Assembly (NCBI RefSeq): GCF_963921235.1
Contig: NC_086109.1
Coordinates: 7,938,001-8,002,000, forward strand
Direction of reading: 5' to 3'
Length of the DNA stretch: 64,000 nucleotides
Source: Mobula hypostoma
Taxonomy: Eukaryota
A program made the translations under genes and the position numbers. Positions 62,355 to 64,000 of this stretch are shown in pieces. The number at the start of each line of letters is the position of its first letter. The stretch's first letter is position 1. The notes beneath the pieces are model-generated. The model saw only the letters and a program-made list of their open reading frames with translations. It searched no databases and was not told the DNA's origin.

Positions 62355-62745
62355 TGGCAAAGAAGGCGTGCTGACATCTTTACTCTCTTCGAAGGTTATG
62401 GAGGTTCAGTTTGTCATCAGCTATTCTGACAAACTTCTACAAGTGTACTGCTGAAAGTATCCTGACTGACTGCACCGTGGTGTGGTATGACAATGTGAAT
62501 GTACAGGGACGTAAGAAGCTGCAGAGAGCTGGACTCTGCCCAGTACACCCCAGGCACATCCCTCCCCGCCATCAGCGGTATCTACAGGAGGCGCTGCCAC
62601 AGGAAAACAGCACCACCATCCAAGGCCATGCCAGCTTCCCACAGCTGCCGTCAGGCAGGAGGTACAGAAGCCTGAAGTTCCACACCACCATGTTCAGGAA
62701 CAGTTACTTCCCTTCAACCATTTAGTTCTTGAACCAACCAGCATA
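62355..62745 (+). mobile_element. Rex1/Babar-type LINE 3' fragment
   Basis: ILTNFYKCTAESILTDCTVVWY...LPSGRRYRSLK..TTMFRNSYFP. Confidence 0.8.
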
Positions 62746-63315
62746 ACCCTAACCACAACCTCAGTATAGCAACACTATGGCTTATATCCCTTACTTTCCA
62801 GTCCAGGTGAAGGGTCTCGTTGCAAATTGTCAACTGTTTATTCCTCTCCATAGATGAGGACTGATCTGTTGAGTTCCTCCAGCATTTTATGTGTGTTGCT
62901 CAGACTACTTTGCACTAATAAATTCTAATTATGTTCTTTCATGTATAATCTTGTATAATTAGTGTTTAAGTTATGATTTACTTGTGAGTGCTGTTTATCT
63001 GACTCTCTGTGTCCGTGATGCTGCTGCAGTCAAGTTTTTCATTGCACCTGAGCACACGTGAACTTGTGTCGATGACAATGAAATCAACTTTCTTTTCAAC
63101 TTTCTGATCGCCCACTGTGAACTTGTTCATTATTGTCACTAGTACTGAGATACAGTGAAAAACTTTCTCTTGTCATGCCATCCAGACAGATCATTTCATC
63201 ACATCTTGCAAGGGAAAAGCAAAAACAGAATGCAGAATAATGTGTTACAGTCACAGGAAGGTGCACGGCAGGCAAACAGTGAGAAGCTATAACAAGGTAG
63301 ATTATAAGGTGAAGA

Positions 63316-63530
63316 CGCAAACACGAGGAAATCTGCAGATGCTGGAATTTCAAGCAACACACATCAAAGTTGCCGGTGAACGCAGCGGGCCAGGCAGCAT
63401 CTCAAATCTCTTACTAGCACTTCTTTCAGTTAGTCCTGACGAAGGGTCTCGGCCCGAAACGTCGACTGTACCTCTTCCTAGAGATGCTGCCTGACCTGCT
63501 GCGTTCACCAGCAACTTTTATGTGTGTTGC
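63316..63530 (+). mobile_element. Penelope-derived hairpin mini-element with intact hammerhead
   Basis: Exact 14-bp TSD TTATAAGGTGAAGA at 63302-63315 and 63531-63544; arm 63354-63403 is inverted to 63481-63530. Confidence 0.88.
63431..63468 (+). ncRNA. Minimal type I hammerhead ribozyme (intact)
   Basis: UAGUC CUGACGA A GGGU-CUCG-GCCC GAAA CG UC GACUG: stem I 5 bp, stem II 4 bp, GUC cleavage triplet. Confidence 0.8.
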
Positions 63531-64000
63531 TTATAAGGTGAAGAGCCCACTTTATCATTCAATAGTCTTATAATATGGAGGTCGAAGGGAGTAGGTGGTG
63601 TAAATGGCTCAGCATGGACTAGATGGGCCGAAGGGCCTGTTTCTGTGCTGTACTTTTCTATGACTCTATAATAGTGCGATTATGTTACCTTTGTACCAGG
63701 TGTTGTGTGTTTTCAACTCTGAGTATCTTTTACCCGATGGAAGGTGGGAGAAGAGGCGATGATCCAGGTGGGAAACTCAGGGGTTCCCAGGAGTCAGTGA
63801 AGATGTTATACTTTTCAAGGAAGCTTTGAGAATATGCTTGAAATATTTTCTCTCTCCTCCTGGAAATATGTTAACTAAACAGGAAAATAGAAGAAGATTT
63901 ATCAAAGAACTTAGAACATAGAACAGTAGTTCCCAGATTTAAGTTTATTTGTCACTTGTACATTGAAACATAGAGTAAAATGCATTACTTGTATTACCAA

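Overview
Eukaryotic, repeat-dominated non-coding DNA (large intron or intergenic). The repeat families point to a cartilaginous fish, probably a ray or skate (inference). I found no host protein-coding exon, rRNA, true tRNA or CRISPR array. Every recognisable peptide in the ORF track is a decayed transposon fragment: CR1 LINEs (SGNH-esterase ORF1, APE and RT), Rex1/Babar-type LINEs, RTE LINEs, an R4/Dong-like fragment, Penelope-like (GIY-YIG) elements, and Tc1 and mariner derivatives. The window also holds tRNA-derived V-SINEs, a CORE-like SINE and two solo LTRs. The most interesting signals are RNA structures. (1) A family of Penelope-derived elements carries a minimal type I hammerhead ribozyme (intact copy at 63431-63468), and several are tiny hairpin elements with 8-15 bp target-site duplications (TSDs). 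(2) An RTE-tailed non-autonomous element contains an HDV-like ribozyme fold (46019-46133). Also present are an RTE insertion with a twin-priming inversion, a SINE sharing that RTE's tail, a palindromic MITE built from two mariner 3' ends, a 27-bp minisatellite and a strong CTCF-like site. Boundaries without a stated TSD are approximate, and family names come from recalled motifs rather than database searches.
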